Shown: in pieces, positions 53,367-62,540 of the stretch
How positions within the stretch are numbered: the stretch's first letter is position 1
Layout: every line of letters starts with the position of its first letter
Origin: Chthoniobacterales bacterium
GTDB taxonomy: Bacteria; Verrucomicrobiota; Verrucomicrobiia; Chthoniobacterales; DASVRZ01
DNA: 64,000 nt
Direction of reading: 5' to 3'
Assembly (NCBI GenBank): GCA_038228695.1
Contig: JBBRPA010000013.1
Location: 3,096 to 67,095 of the forward strand
The notes under the pieces: model-generated
Database searches by the model: none
Told to the model about the DNA's origin: nothing
Seen by the model: only the letters and a program-made list of their open reading frames with translations
Program-made: the position numbers and the translations under genes

Positions 53367-54497
53367 TTAGGACTGTAAATGTCCGACGACCCGGGCTACG
53401 CGTCCAATGGTTTCCTCGATTTCGTCCATCGTGTTGGCGCGCCCGAGGGAAAAACGAACGGTGGCCCCCGCGACCGCCTCGGGAACCCCCATCGCCATGA
53501 GCACGTGCGACGCTTGAATACTGCCGACCATGCAAGCGGACCCGCTGGAAACACAAACCCCAGCCAAGTCGAGGCCGATCAACAGCGCCTCACCATCCAG
53601 ACCCGGAAAACTGACGTTTAACGTGTTGGCGAGCCGTTTTTCGGGGTCGCCGTTCAGAATGGCCGTGGGATCGAACGCCTGAATACCAGCCCAAAGCCGA
53701 TCGCGCAGGGAGCGCTCGTGGAGTTGCTCGGCGGAGCGCTTTTCCTCTGCCTCGGCAGCGGCGGCGGCCATGCCAGCGATCGCAGCGACATTTTCGGTGC
53801 CAGGGCGGCGCTGATTTTCGTGCGCGCCTCCGTGGTGCAACGTCCGAATGGAGACGCCAGCCCGCAGATAGAGCAAGCCCGCGCCGAGTGGACCGTAAAA
53901 TTTATGCGCCGCAAAGGAGGCGGCATCAACGAGCGCGAGGTCCACTCTTTCCTTACCGAGCATCTGGATCATGTCGCTATGGAGCAGGACACCCTTTTCG
54001 CGACAGATCCGGCTGATTTCCGCCAGAGGCTGGAGAACGCCCGTCTCGTTGTTCGCAGCCATGATCGAGCAGAGCGTCGTGTCCGAACGAATAGCGTCGC
54101 CAAGGTCTTCCAAACGAACCAATCCCAGCGGGTCAACCGGCAGATACGTGACTTCGAACCCCTCATGACGCTCGAGATATTCAAACGCCTGAAGCACCGC
54201 ATGATGCTCCGTTTTTGCCGTGATGAGATGTTTCCCCTGCCCCGCGAGCTCACGAGCCAAACCCAGAATAGCCAAGTTATCCGACTCCGTTCCCCCGCCG
54301 GTGAAAATCAGTTCGTGTGGCTTAACGGAAAAAAACCGGGCCAGCACATCCCGTGCGTCGTCCAGCGCTGCTCGGGTCACCCGACCAGCCGCGTGAATGC
54401 TCGACGGGTTGCCGTGATGCTGCTCGAGATACGGCCGCATCGCCGCCAAAGCCACGGGAGAGAGCGGTGTGGTCGCGTTGTGATCGAGGTAAATCAT
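53367..54497 (-). CDS. Cysteine desulfurase (NifS/IscS-like, class V aminotransferase)
   Basis: MIYLDHNATTP, FAAHKFYGP (PLP Lys), SSGSACM (catalytic Cys); 376 aa. Confidence 0.9.
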   Translation of the reverse strand: MIYLDHNATTPLSPVALAAMRPYLEQHHGNPSSIHAAGRVTRAALDDARDVLARFFSVKPHELIFTGGGTESDNLAILGLARELAGQGKHLITAKTEHHAVLQAFEYLERHEGFEVTYLPVDPLGLVRLEDLGDAIRSDTTLCSIMAANNETGVLQPLAEISRICREKGVLLHSDMIQMLGKERVDLALVDAASFAAHKFYGPLGAGLLYLRAGVSIRTLHHGGAHENQRRPGTENVAAIAGMAAAAAEAEEKRSAEQLHERSLRDRLWAGIQAFDPTAILNGDPEKRLANTLNVSFPGLDGEALLIGLDLAGVCVSSGSACMVGSIQASHVLMAMGVPEAVAGATVRFSLGRANTMDEIEETIGRVARVVGHLQS

Positions 54498-54624
54498 GGA
54501 AGCCGCAAACTATAACACAGCCCGCTGACGGCAAGTCTTCGCGATGCTTGCTTCTTGCAAAAAACCAATCGGGTCCAGCAAGACTTTCAAATCCGAATAC
54601 TTTGTCTAGTAACCCAACACCGCC

Positions 54625-56925
54625 ATGAAGCCCTCCCACTCCTGCTGCCACGACCACTCTGACCAAGCAGTCATCCCGTCGTTAACGGCGAAATATTTTT
54701 GCCCGATGTGCGAGGGTGTCGAATCGGCCAACCCGGGCGATTGCCCAAAATGCGGTATGGCGCTGGAACGCAACCCAACATGGAAACCGGCCACCGGAAA
54801 GATGACCTACACTTGCCCGATGCACCCGGAGATCGAGCAAGACCATCCCGGCGATTGCCCGATCTGCGGCATGGCACTGGAACCAAAGGGACTACCAGCG
54901 GACGACCACGACGACGACCAAGAGATTCGTGCTTTGTCGCAAAAGTTCTGGATCGCTGCCGCGCTCACCTTGCCGGTCTTCATTATTGCGATGGCCCACT
55001 GGGTTCCGGGTTTCCATCTGGAGAAACTCCTCCCGAAGAGTGTGTCGAAATGGATCGAGGTGGCCCTCACTATTCCAGTGGTCTTCTGGGCCGGCGGAAT
55101 GTTTTTTACCAAAGCCTGGCGCTCGCTGAGGGGCTGGAACCTCAACATGTTCACCCTGATCGCGACCGGTGTGGGCGCGGCTTTTATCTACAGCGCGGTC
55201 GCGGTGTTAGCACCCGGAGTTTTTCCCGAGTCTTTTCGAGTCCATGGTGAGGTCGGGCTCTACTTTGAAGCCGCCGCCGTCATTACCGTGCTCGTTCTCC
55301 TCGGACAACTGTTAGAAGCCAAAGCGCGCAGTCGCACCGGCCAAGCCATTCAGTCCCTGCTCGGATTGGCCGCCAAGACCGCCCATCGACTGATCGACGG
55401 CAAGGAATCCGATGTCCCCGTGGACGAATTGAAGAAAGGCGATCTGCTCCGCGTCCGGCCTGGTGAAAAAGTGCCGATCGATGGAGTCATCACCGAGGGT
55501 CATAGCAACCTCGACGAGTCGATGATCACGGGCGAAGCCCTCGCCGTTGGCAAGAAGGCGGGGGACACCGTCATCGGTGCAACGATCAACCAGACCGGCA
55601 GCTTTGTGATGCGGACCGAGAAAGTCGGCTCGGAAACTCTCCTTTCCCAAATCGTCCAGATGGTGGCCGAAGCCCAGCGCAGCCGCGCCCCGATCCAGAA
55701 ACTCGCGGATTCCGTAGCGGGTTGGTTCGTCCCGATTGTCATCACGATTTCCATCATCACATTTATCGTCTGGGCGATTTTCGGACCCGCCCCGGCTATG
55801 GCCTACGCCCTCGTCAATGCGGTTTCGGTGCTGATCATTGCCTGCCCGTGTGCACTCGGACTCGCCACGCCCATGTCGATCATGGTCGGCGTTGGCCGCG
55901 CCGCGCAGACCGGCATCCTGATTAGAAATGCCGAAGCCATCGAGATCACCGAAAAGGTCACTCATTTAGTCACCGACAAAACCGGCACTCTCACGACCGG
56001 GAAACCGCGCGTCACCCACCGCAAGACGGTGAATGGCATCGCGGAAACGCACTTGCTACAGCTAGCCGCTTCCGTCGAGGGAAATAGCGAACATCCCCTC
56101 GCCCGAGCCATCGTCGATCAAGCCCGGGAAGGCGGCATCGATCTCCTCGACGTGAAGGATTTCGCCTCGACCACCGCCGGTGGCGTCACCGGAACCGTCG
56201 ATGGAAAAACTATCCGCGTCGGCAAAGCGGGATTCCTCGAAGAAAACGGCATCGCGCTCCCCGATGATCTCGTCGAAGCAGCCGCCGCGTGGCAGGAACA
56301 AGCTCGCACGGTCGTCTGGATTGCCATCGATCAGACCGCAGCCGGGATCCTCAGCATCGCCGATCCGATCAAAGAAAGCACCGCCGAAGCGATCCAGGCG
56401 CTCCACGCCCTTGGAATTAAGGTCATCATGTGCACCGGTGACAACCGCAAAACCGCCGAGGCCGTCGCTCGCGAACTCGGCATCGACGAGGTTCACGCCG
56501 AAGTCGTCCCTCACGACAAGATCGAGATCGTCCGGAAACTCAAAGCCACGGGAGCCATTGTCGCCATGGCCGGAGACGGCATCAACGACGCCCCGGCCTT
56601 GGCAGAGGCGAACGTCGGCATCGCGATGGGCACTGGCACCGATGTCGCGATCCAAAGCGCCGGGATCACCCTGGTAAAGGGAGACCTTATAGGCATCGCC
56701 AAAGCCATCCACCTCAGTCGCGCCGTCATGGGCAACATCCGACAGAACCTCTTCTTTGCCTTCATCTACAACACCGTCGGCGTCCCCGTGGCCGCCGGAA
56801 TTCTTTACCCCTTCTTTGGCCTGCTCCTGAGCCCGATGATCGCCGGAGCAGCGATGAGCGTTTCGTCCCTTTCCGTCATCTTGAATGCGCTCCGCTTGCG
56901 CGCTCTTACCCTCGAAACAAAATGA
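54625..56925 (+). CDS. copA: Copper(I)/silver-translocating P1B-type ATPase
   Basis: [11 protein letters not shown] (CPC), [15 protein letters not shown]. The N-terminus has two CPM(C/H)...PGDCP(K/I)CGMALE metal-binding modules. Confidence 0.92.
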   Translation: MKPSHSCCHDHSDQAVIPSLTAKYFCPMCEGVESANPGDCPKCGMALERNPTWKPATGKMTYTCPMHPEIEQDHPGDCPICGMALEPKGLPADDHDDDQEIRALSQKFWIAAALTLPVFIIAMAHWVPGFHLEKLLPKSVSKWIEVALTIPVVFWAGGMFFTKAWRSLRGWNLNMFTLIATGVGAAFIYSAVAVLAPGVFPESFRVHGEVGLYFEAAAVITVLVLLGQLLEAKARSRTGQAIQSLLGLAAKTAHRLIDGKESDVPVDELKKGDLLRVRPGEKVPIDGVITEGHSNLDESMITGEALAVGKKAGDTVIGATINQTGSFVMRTEKVGSETLLSQIVQMVAEAQRSRAPIQKLADSVAGWFVPIVITISIITFIVWAIFGPAPAMAYALVNAVSVLIIACPCALGLATPMSIMVGVGRAAQTGILIRNAEAIEITEKVTHLVTDKTGTLTTGKPRVTHRKTVNGIAETHLLQLAASVEGNSEHPLARAIVDQAREGGIDLLDVKDFASTTAGGVTGTVDGKTIRVGKAGFLEENGIALPDDLVEAAAAWQEQARTVVWIAIDQTAAGILSIADPIKESTAEAIQALHALGIKVIMCTGDNRKTAEAVARELGIDEVHAEVVPHDKIEIVRKLKATGAIVAMAGDGINDAPALAEANVGIAMGTGTDVAIQSAGITLVKGDLIGIAKAIHLSRAVMGNIRQNLFFAFIYNTVGVPVAAGILYPFFGLLLSPMIAGAAMSVSSLSVILNALRLRALTLETK

Positions 56926-57051
56926 TCGCAGCGACGAATCGACCGGAATAAATCCGACCACCGAGCCTCCCATTTTCGTTACATAACGCACCCCTTCCCC
57001 ATCGCCGCGGATTCCCTGTGGAAATGGGGGAAAACAAGCAACACCCAAAAA

Positions 57052-57318
57052 ATGAAAAATAAACTCAGCATCCTAATCGTTGGCAGCCTCATGGCCCTCG
57101 CATCCATCCCTGCCCACGCCGATAAAACCATCGCCGACAACGACCGTTTGATGGCCCAGCGCGCCCAAGTCGCCGAAATCGTCAAGACCGACGACGGCTG
57201 CAAAATGATGTGCGACGAAATGATGAAAAACCCCAAGTCGAAGAAAATGATGTGCGACATGGTCATGAAAGATTCCGAGTGCATGAAAATGATGCACGAC
57301 GGAATGAAAACGAAGTAA
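57052..57318 (+). CDS. Small secreted Met/Cys-rich protein (candidate Cu(I) binder)
   Basis: Signal MKNKLSILIVGSLMALASIPAHA. The mature part has 13 Met and 4 Cys in three MMCD/MKMMHD-type units. Confidence 0.65.
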   Translation: MKNKLSILIVGSLMALASIPAHADKTIADNDRLMAQRAQVAEIVKTDDGCKMMCDEMMKNPKSKKMMCDMVMKDSECMKMMHDGMKTK

Positions 57319-57416
57319 CCACTTCCTTATCCCCCCAAGCAGCAGCCTGTCGGAGCGCCCGGCAGGCTGTTTCTCCACCAGCGCACCTCGTTCCTCCCTT
57401 CTGCCCACTTACAATT

Positions 57417-58058
57417 ATGAAAACGCTTCCCTTTATCGCGAGTCTTGCCTTGCTCATCTCTCTCCCATCTGCAGTCGTCAGAGCCGAGGATGGCGACAAC
57501 GAAAAAGGTAAAAACAAGAAGCACCGCGACAAAGACGAGGAGCGAGGCCAAAAAGGGCAGGATCATGCCAATCGCAAAGACGATCATCGAGATAATCGCG
57601 GAGATAATGGAAACCATGGCGACAACGATCGGAAAGCGCGTGTGGTCGTCGTGCACGACAACTACCGCCAACCCAGTCGCCGGGATCGCCGCGATGAACG
57701 CCCCGTTGTTCAAGTAATCGAACGCCGCGACAGTTCACGCTACGACCGACAATCGTCGAGCACTCGTTATGTGACTCAAGATTACCGGCATTTCGACTAC
57801 CGCGATGTGAATCGGGATGTGAGCTATCGCAGCCGTTATCCCCAACAAGTGGTGGTCTATGAGAATCGCCCTTATCATTACAATTACTACGACCTCCAAG
57901 TCGTGCTGGCTCGCGAGGGCTACTACGATGGCGACGTCGATGGCATCTGGGGCCCACAAAGCAGGTCCTCGCTGCGACGCTATCAGGTCGATCAAGGTTG
58001 GAGAAACGATGATCAGGTCGATGGCCGGTTGATCGTCAATTTCAACCTCGGGTACTAG
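57417..58058 (+). CDS. Secreted His/Asp/Arg-rich protein with a C-terminal peptidoglycan-binding-like domain
   Basis: Signal MKTLPFIASLALLISLPSAVVRA, a charged low-complexity region (HRDKDEERG..DDHRDNRGDNGNHGDNDR), and C-terminal LQVVLAREGYYDGDVDGIWGPQSRSSLRRYQ (PG_binding_1-like). Confidence 0.65.
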   Translation: MKTLPFIASLALLISLPSAVVRAEDGDNEKGKNKKHRDKDEERGQKGQDHANRKDDHRDNRGDNGNHGDNDRKARVVVVHDNYRQPSRRDRRDERPVVQVIERRDSSRYDRQSSSTRYVTQDYRHFDYRDVNRDVSYRSRYPQQVVVYENRPYHYNYYDLQVVLAREGYYDGDVDGIWGPQSRSSLRRYQVDQGWRNDDQVDGRLIVNFNLGY

Positions 58059-58422
58059 CACTCCTTCTCGAAAATAGCGCCACCCGGGGAGCAGCATTTT
58101 CCCAAGTGCCAAGCACTAGGTCTAACTCGCCGTCGTCGGTGAACCCTGCGAACAGCAGCGTTGTAAAATTCTCTATTTTGCCTAGCCTGCGACTCCATCG
58201 GATACCGGATGATGTGACACACCGCTCCACCTAGGCGTCTGGCAAAATACCCAGATACCAATTCCAATGGTGGGCGCTCTGCTTCGTCGGGAGCGGCCCG
58301 TCGAATACTGCCCGCCGGGGAGGAGACTTTTAAGAAGGCACCGAAAGCCGCCAAAACCAGCGGCCAAAGCGAACTGTGGTTGTAGGTAAGATCAGGTTAT
58401 TTTCTAGAGGGATTGCTCGAGA

Positions 58423-59088
58423 TTAAGCCGGAAGCCTGCCACAGCATCCTTCCTCGCGCATGCAGCGGCAGCCGAGCACGGCAATCAACGCACCGCAAAA
58501 CGGGGCGACGAGATAGAGCCAGAGATGGGCGACATTTCCTGAGACCAAGGCAGGGGCAAGGGAGCGGGCGGGGTTCATCGACGCACCGGAGATGGGGCCG
58601 GCAAAGAGGGCTTCCAGCGCGATGACGGCTCCGATAGCGATACCTGCGGTGATGCCGCGTTCCTTGCCTCCGCTGGAGACGCTGAGGATGACGAACATGA
58701 GAATGCCGGTGAGGACGAATTCGAGGAGGAAGGATTGCCACTCCGATCCCGCCGGAAGGGTGGCTCCCAGCGTGGTGTGCGTCGGGAAGAGCACGTGCAA
58801 AAGTCCGCTCGCCAGCAACGCACCGACTAATTGACTGCCAATGTAGGGCAGAACTTGACGACCGGAAAAGCGGCGGGCGGCGAAGAAACCGAGGGTGACG
58901 GCAGGGTTGAGGTGCGCGCCGGAAATGTCACCCAACGAGTAGATCATGGCGAGAACGATGAGGCCAAAGGTAAGGGCAACGCCGAGGTGGGTGACGCTGC
59001 CGCCAGTGAGATCATTGATGACGATGGCGCCCGTGCCAGCAAAGACGAGGCAGAAGGTGCCAAAGGCTTCGGCGAGGAGTTTTTTCAT
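58423..59088 (-). CDS. MIP-family channel, NIP-like aquaporin with a Cys-rich C-terminal tail
   Basis: Two NPA boxes (GAHLNPAVT and GASMNPARSLAPA); 221 aa from MKKLLAEAFG. The tail is GCRCMREEGCCGRLPA. Confidence 0.88.
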   Translation of the reverse strand: MKKLLAEAFGTFCLVFAGTGAIVINDLTGGSVTHLGVALTFGLIVLAMIYSLGDISGAHLNPAVTLGFFAARRFSGRQVLPYIGSQLVGALLASGLLHVLFPTHTTLGATLPAGSEWQSFLLEFVLTGILMFVILSVSSGGKERGITAGIAIGAVIALEALFAGPISGASMNPARSLAPALVSGNVAHLWLYLVAPFCGALIAVLGCRCMREEGCCGRLPA

Positions 59089-59125
59089 AGGCGATAGTCT
59101 GTCAGACGGTGGGGAAATCGTCACC

Positions 59126-59407
59126 TTAATCCACGTAGCGTTCGAGGACTTGGAGGAGGTCGTGGAGGCGTTCTTTGGCGTCGGCGGAGTTTTGCGCTTC
59201 CTCGATGCAGTGGTGGAGGTGCGAGTGGATGAGTTTTTCGGCGAGCGATTTCAAACCTTTGCGGGCGGAGATGATCTGCATCAGCACCTCGGAGCAGTCG
59301 CGGTCGGCGGCGAGCATTTTTTCGATGCCCCCGAGTTGGCCCGCGACTTTGCGGGTGCGGAGGATGAGGGCCTGACGTTCGGCGGGAGGGTGTTGGTGTT
59401 CGCTCAT
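59126..59407 (-). CDS. CsoR/RcnR/InrS-family metal-sensing repressor
   Basis: 93 aa from MSEHQHPP, with Cys38, His63 and Cys67 (the 25/4 spacing of CsoR family ligands) plus N-terminal His4/His6. Confidence 0.88.
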   Translation of the reverse strand: MSEHQHPPAERQALILRTRKVAGQLGGIEKMLAADRDCSEVLMQIISARKGLKSLAEKLIHSHLHHCIEEAQNSADAKERLHDLLQVLERYVD

Positions 59408-59455
59408 GGCGGAGTGTAGAACCTGCGGCGGCGGTTGCAAAGTAGTTATTGCTAA

Positions 59456-59475
59456 TAAGGGGTAGGGGGGTATGG
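59456..59475. promoter_or_regulatory. Candidate CsoR/RcnR-type operator (G-tract flanked by TA)
   Basis: TAAGGGGTAGGGGGGTATGG lies in the 64-bp regulator/rcnA divergent spacer and touches the first rcnA ATG. Confidence 0.35.
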
Positions 59476-60290
59476 TCAGGGGGATGAATGATTTTTCCCA
59501 ACTGCTCTCCCAAGGCGCAGCGCATGCGTGGTTTTTCCTGCCGACCGCGGTGTTGCTCGGCGCGCTCCACGGGTTAGAGCCGGGGCACTCGAAGACGATG
59601 ATGGCGGCGTTCATCGTGGCGGTGCGCGGGACGATCGGGCAAGCGGTGTTACTGGGACTCTCAGCGGCGTTTTCGCATTCGCTGGTCATCTGGGCGCTGG
59701 CGGCGGTGGCGCTGAAATTTGGCAGTCGGTGGAATGCGGAATCGACGGAACCGTATTTCCAGATCGGGTCGGCGGTGATGATCGCAGGGCTAGCTCTTTG
59801 GATGCTCTGGCGGGTGCGGCGGGAGGCGCGCGAGGAAGCGGCGCACGAGCGGGAACATGAGGCGCATCACCACCACGGGCATGACCATGAACACGAGCAT
59901 GCGGAGTATCAGGATGCCCACGAACGGGCGCACTCGCAGGAGATTGAGCAGCGGTTTGCCAATCGGCAGGTAACGACGGGGCAGATCGTGGTCTTCGGTT
60001 TGACGGGCGGGTTGCTGCCGTGTCCAGCGGCGTTTTCCATTCTGATTATCTGTCTGCAGCTCAAGCAGTTTACCCTCGGTTTTGCGATGGTGCTGGCGTT
60101 CAGTGCAGGTCTTGCACTGACGTTAGTCGCGAGCGGCACGTTGGCGGCGTGGAGTGTGCGCCATGCAGAGAAGCGTTGGAGCGGGCTGGGAAAACTGACG
60201 CGGAAGCTGCCCTATCTGTCGGTGGCGTTTCTGCTGCTGGTCGCGAGCTACATCGGGTGGCAGGGCTGGTCCGGACTAAACGCCCGTTAG
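59472..60290 (+). CDS. rcnA: Nickel/cobalt efflux protein RcnA family
   Basis: HGLEPGHSK motif, His-rich loop HEREHEAHHHHGHDHEHEH, C-terminal GLLPCPAA. The start may instead be the ATG at 59484. Confidence 0.85.
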   Translation: MVRGMNDFSQLLSQGAAHAWFFLPTAVLLGALHGLEPGHSKTMMAAFIVAVRGTIGQAVLLGLSAAFSHSLVIWALAAVALKFGSRWNAESTEPYFQIGSAVMIAGLALWMLWRVRREAREEAAHEREHEAHHHHGHDHEHEHAEYQDAHERAHSQEIEQRFANRQVTTGQIVVFGLTGGLLPCPAAFSILIICLQLKQFTLGFAMVLAFSAGLALTLVASGTLAAWSVRHAEKRWSGLGKLTRKLPYLSVAFLLLVASYIGWQGWSGLNAR

Positions 60291-60319
60291 TCAGCGATCG
60301 CCGGGGCCGAGACTTCCGA

Positions 60320-61780
60320 TTATTTCATCGCTTCCACAGCCATCACTCCCGCGCCGCGCGCCCCAGTCATGGTCGCGATGGTGTCGTTTTCCGTGATTGC
60401 TTCGCTGGTGTATTCCGGCGGCATCGGCGGTGGAATGGACTTGGTCGCTTTCGCAGCAAACTCCTCGGGGAATTTCGCGAGAAAGCTCTGTGTCGGCCAA
60501 CTGCAGGCTTCGCCGAAGGCACAAATGGTCTTGCCCGCGATGTTGTCGGCCACACTTTTCAAGACAGACGGGTCCTGCTCCACTCCCCCACCCGCAACGA
60601 TGCGGTCGGTGATCTTCTTCATCCAGAGGCTGCCCTCGCGGCAGGGCGTGCATTGGCCGCAGCTTTCGTGAGCGTAAAATTCATTGATGTTGTTCAGCGC
60701 CCAAACCATGTCGCGCGAATCATCCATCACGATGACTCCGCCGGAGCCAGCCATCGAGCCAACGGCGGCGAGGGTGTCGAAATCGAGCCGGATGTCTTCG
60801 AGGCCGATCTGTTTCTCGACCATGGAGCCATCGGCGGCTTTCTCCTTCAGGGTGTATTTTTCGCCCGCACGAAGAACTTTGGCAGAGCTGCCACCGGGGA
60901 TGACGGCTTTGAGTTTCCGTCCTTTTTTCAGGCCGCCGCAGAAGTCTTTAATCAGTTCGCCGAAAGTAATCGAGCCGACCTCGATCTCGAAGTAGCCAGG
61001 TTTGACGACATCGCCGCTAACGCAAACAATGCGGGTGCCGGTGTTGTTCGGACGCCCGATCTTGGCGTATTCCGCGCCGCCCATTTTTACGATGTGCTTC
61101 ACGTGGCAAAGCGTCTCGACGTTATTCACGATGGTCGGGCACTGGTAAAGGCCGAGCACAGCCGGGAAGTAGGGCGGTTTGATGCGCGGGTAGGCGCGCT
61201 TGCCTTCGAGCGATTCGATCAAACCGGTTTCCTCGCCGCAGATGTAGGCACCTGCCCCACGATGGACGTAAACCTCGATCTTGTGCCCTGTGCCAAGCAT
61301 GTTCTCGCCGAGGAATTTTTTGGCTCGGGCCTCCTCAATGGCGCGTTCCATGATTTTTGCCGCCTCCGGGAATTCGCCGCGAATGTAAACGTAGGCGAGG
61401 TGGACGTTCAATGCCCAGCAGGAGATGAGGATGCCTTCGAGAAGCTGGTGCGGATCCTGATGCAGGATGTAGCGATCTTTGAAGGTGCCGGGCTCGGATT
61501 CGTCGGCGTTGCAAATGAGATAGATCGGCTTGGGGCCGTCCTGTTTGATGAAGCCCCACTTCACACCACAGGGGAAGCCGGCACCGCCGCGTCCACGTAG
61601 GCCAGAGGCTTTGACCTCGTTGACGATGTCCACCGGCTGCATCGTGATGGCTTTGCGCAGTTCCGCGTAGCCGCCGTCCTTGAGATAGGTGTCGATGTCG
61701 TTCGACCAGTCAGGACGATCGACGTTTTTGAAGATCATCCGGCGTTCTTTCGGATGCGGTTTTTTAATGAGAGAGACCAT
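60320..61780 (-). CDS. nuoF: NADH-quinone oxidoreductase subunit F (51-kDa flavoprotein)
   Basis: GLRGRGGAGFPCGVKW (FMN/NADH site), ESCGQCTPCREG (4Fe-4S), and a ~45-aa C-terminal extension. Confidence 0.92.
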   Translation of the reverse strand: MVSLIKKPHPKERRMIFKNVDRPDWSNDIDTYLKDGGYAELRKAITMQPVDIVNEVKASGLRGRGGAGFPCGVKWGFIKQDGPKPIYLICNADESEPGTFKDRYILHQDPHQLLEGILISCWALNVHLAYVYIRGEFPEAAKIMERAIEEARAKKFLGENMLGTGHKIEVYVHRGAGAYICGEETGLIESLEGKRAYPRIKPPYFPAVLGLYQCPTIVNNVETLCHVKHIVKMGGAEYAKIGRPNNTGTRIVCVSGDVVKPGYFEIEVGSITFGELIKDFCGGLKKGRKLKAVIPGGSSAKVLRAGEKYTLKEKAADGSMVEKQIGLEDIRLDFDTLAAVGSMAGSGGVIVMDDSRDMVWALNNINEFYAHESCGQCTPCREGSLWMKKITDRIVAGGGVEQDPSVLKSVADNIAGKTICAFGEACSWPTQSFLAKFPEEFAAKATKSIPPPMPPEYTSEAITENDTIATMTGARGAGVMAVEAMK

Positions 61781-61795
61781 GGTTTTGCGAAAATG

Positions 61796-62320
61796 TTAGA
61801 CGGCGTATTCCTCTTTATCGGGGCAGTTTTCGAGGAGCTCGGTGGCATCCTGATGGGTCACGCCCTCGTGGAACTCATCGTTGATCATGCAGACCGGCGC
61901 GGTGCCGCAACTGGCGAGGCATTCGACGAATTCGATGGAAAATTTTCCGTCCTCACTCACGGAGATCGGATCGCCATGGCCGCCAGCGCCGTGGCCGTGC
62001 CGCGTGATCCCGGCGCGTTTGCAAAAATGCTCCATCAACTCATACCCGCCGCCCATCGCACAGGAAAGGGTCCGGCAGACGCGGATGTGATTCAGACCGG
62101 CTGGTTTGCGGCGGAACATGGGATAAAACGTGACCACCTCGAGAACGTTAATCGGCTCCAATTCCAGCTTTTTCGCAATCCAGTTCATCGACTCGTCGCT
62201 GATGTAACCCATTTCCTCTTGGAAAAGGTGAAGCAATGGCAGCGTGGCGGAACGCTTGGAGACGGGGTAATGCGAGATCGTGTCGTTGATCTTGGCGGCG
62301 AAGTCTGAAGGAAGGTCCAT
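61796..62320 (-). CDS. nuoE: NADH-quinone oxidoreductase subunit E (24-kDa, 2Fe-2S)
   Basis: VCRTLSC...ECLASCGTAPVCMIND cysteine pattern; 174 aa. Confidence 0.92.
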   Translation of the reverse strand: MDLPSDFAAKINDTISHYPVSKRSATLPLLHLFQEEMGYISDESMNWIAKKLELEPINVLEVVTFYPMFRRKPAGLNHIRVCRTLSCAMGGGYELMEHFCKRAGITRHGHGAGGHGDPISVSEDGKFSIEFVECLASCGTAPVCMINDEFHEGVTHQDATELLENCPDKEEYAV

Positions 62321-62540
62321 GTAATCGATGAGTCCGGTTTGGCAGGGCCTCTACATATCCGAGAATAGAACGCTGCGGAAATGAAAAAAGTTGCCTTGCA
62401 TAGGTTATTCAGGGTGGCGACCGCAAAATGATCCTTTTTTTCGACCACGAGCGCCCCTGGCGCGCCTTCAGCCGGGTTCTGCCATCCAAAAGCCGCGATC
62501 GTAACCAACCCGCTAAAAAATCATTACAAAACGGTAACGT

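Noticed and set aside
54531-54586. GCAAG(T/A)CTT direct repeat (54531, 54578) with CTTGC/GCAAG inverted 5-mers in the spacer between the cysteine desulfurase gene and copA, considered as a MerR/CueR- or CsoR-type operator.
   Set aside because: The motifs are only 5-9 nt long. There is no MerR-family gene nearby, and the sequence is unlike the G/C-tract operators of the CsoR family. It is not statistically convincing by eye.
56985-57030. C-tract/G-tract pairing (TTCCCCAT...ATGGGGGAA) upstream of the Met-rich protein gene, considered as a CsoR operator or copA terminator.
   Set aside because: The 22-nt loop and imperfect stem fit neither a typical operator nor an intrinsic terminator, and there is no T-run.
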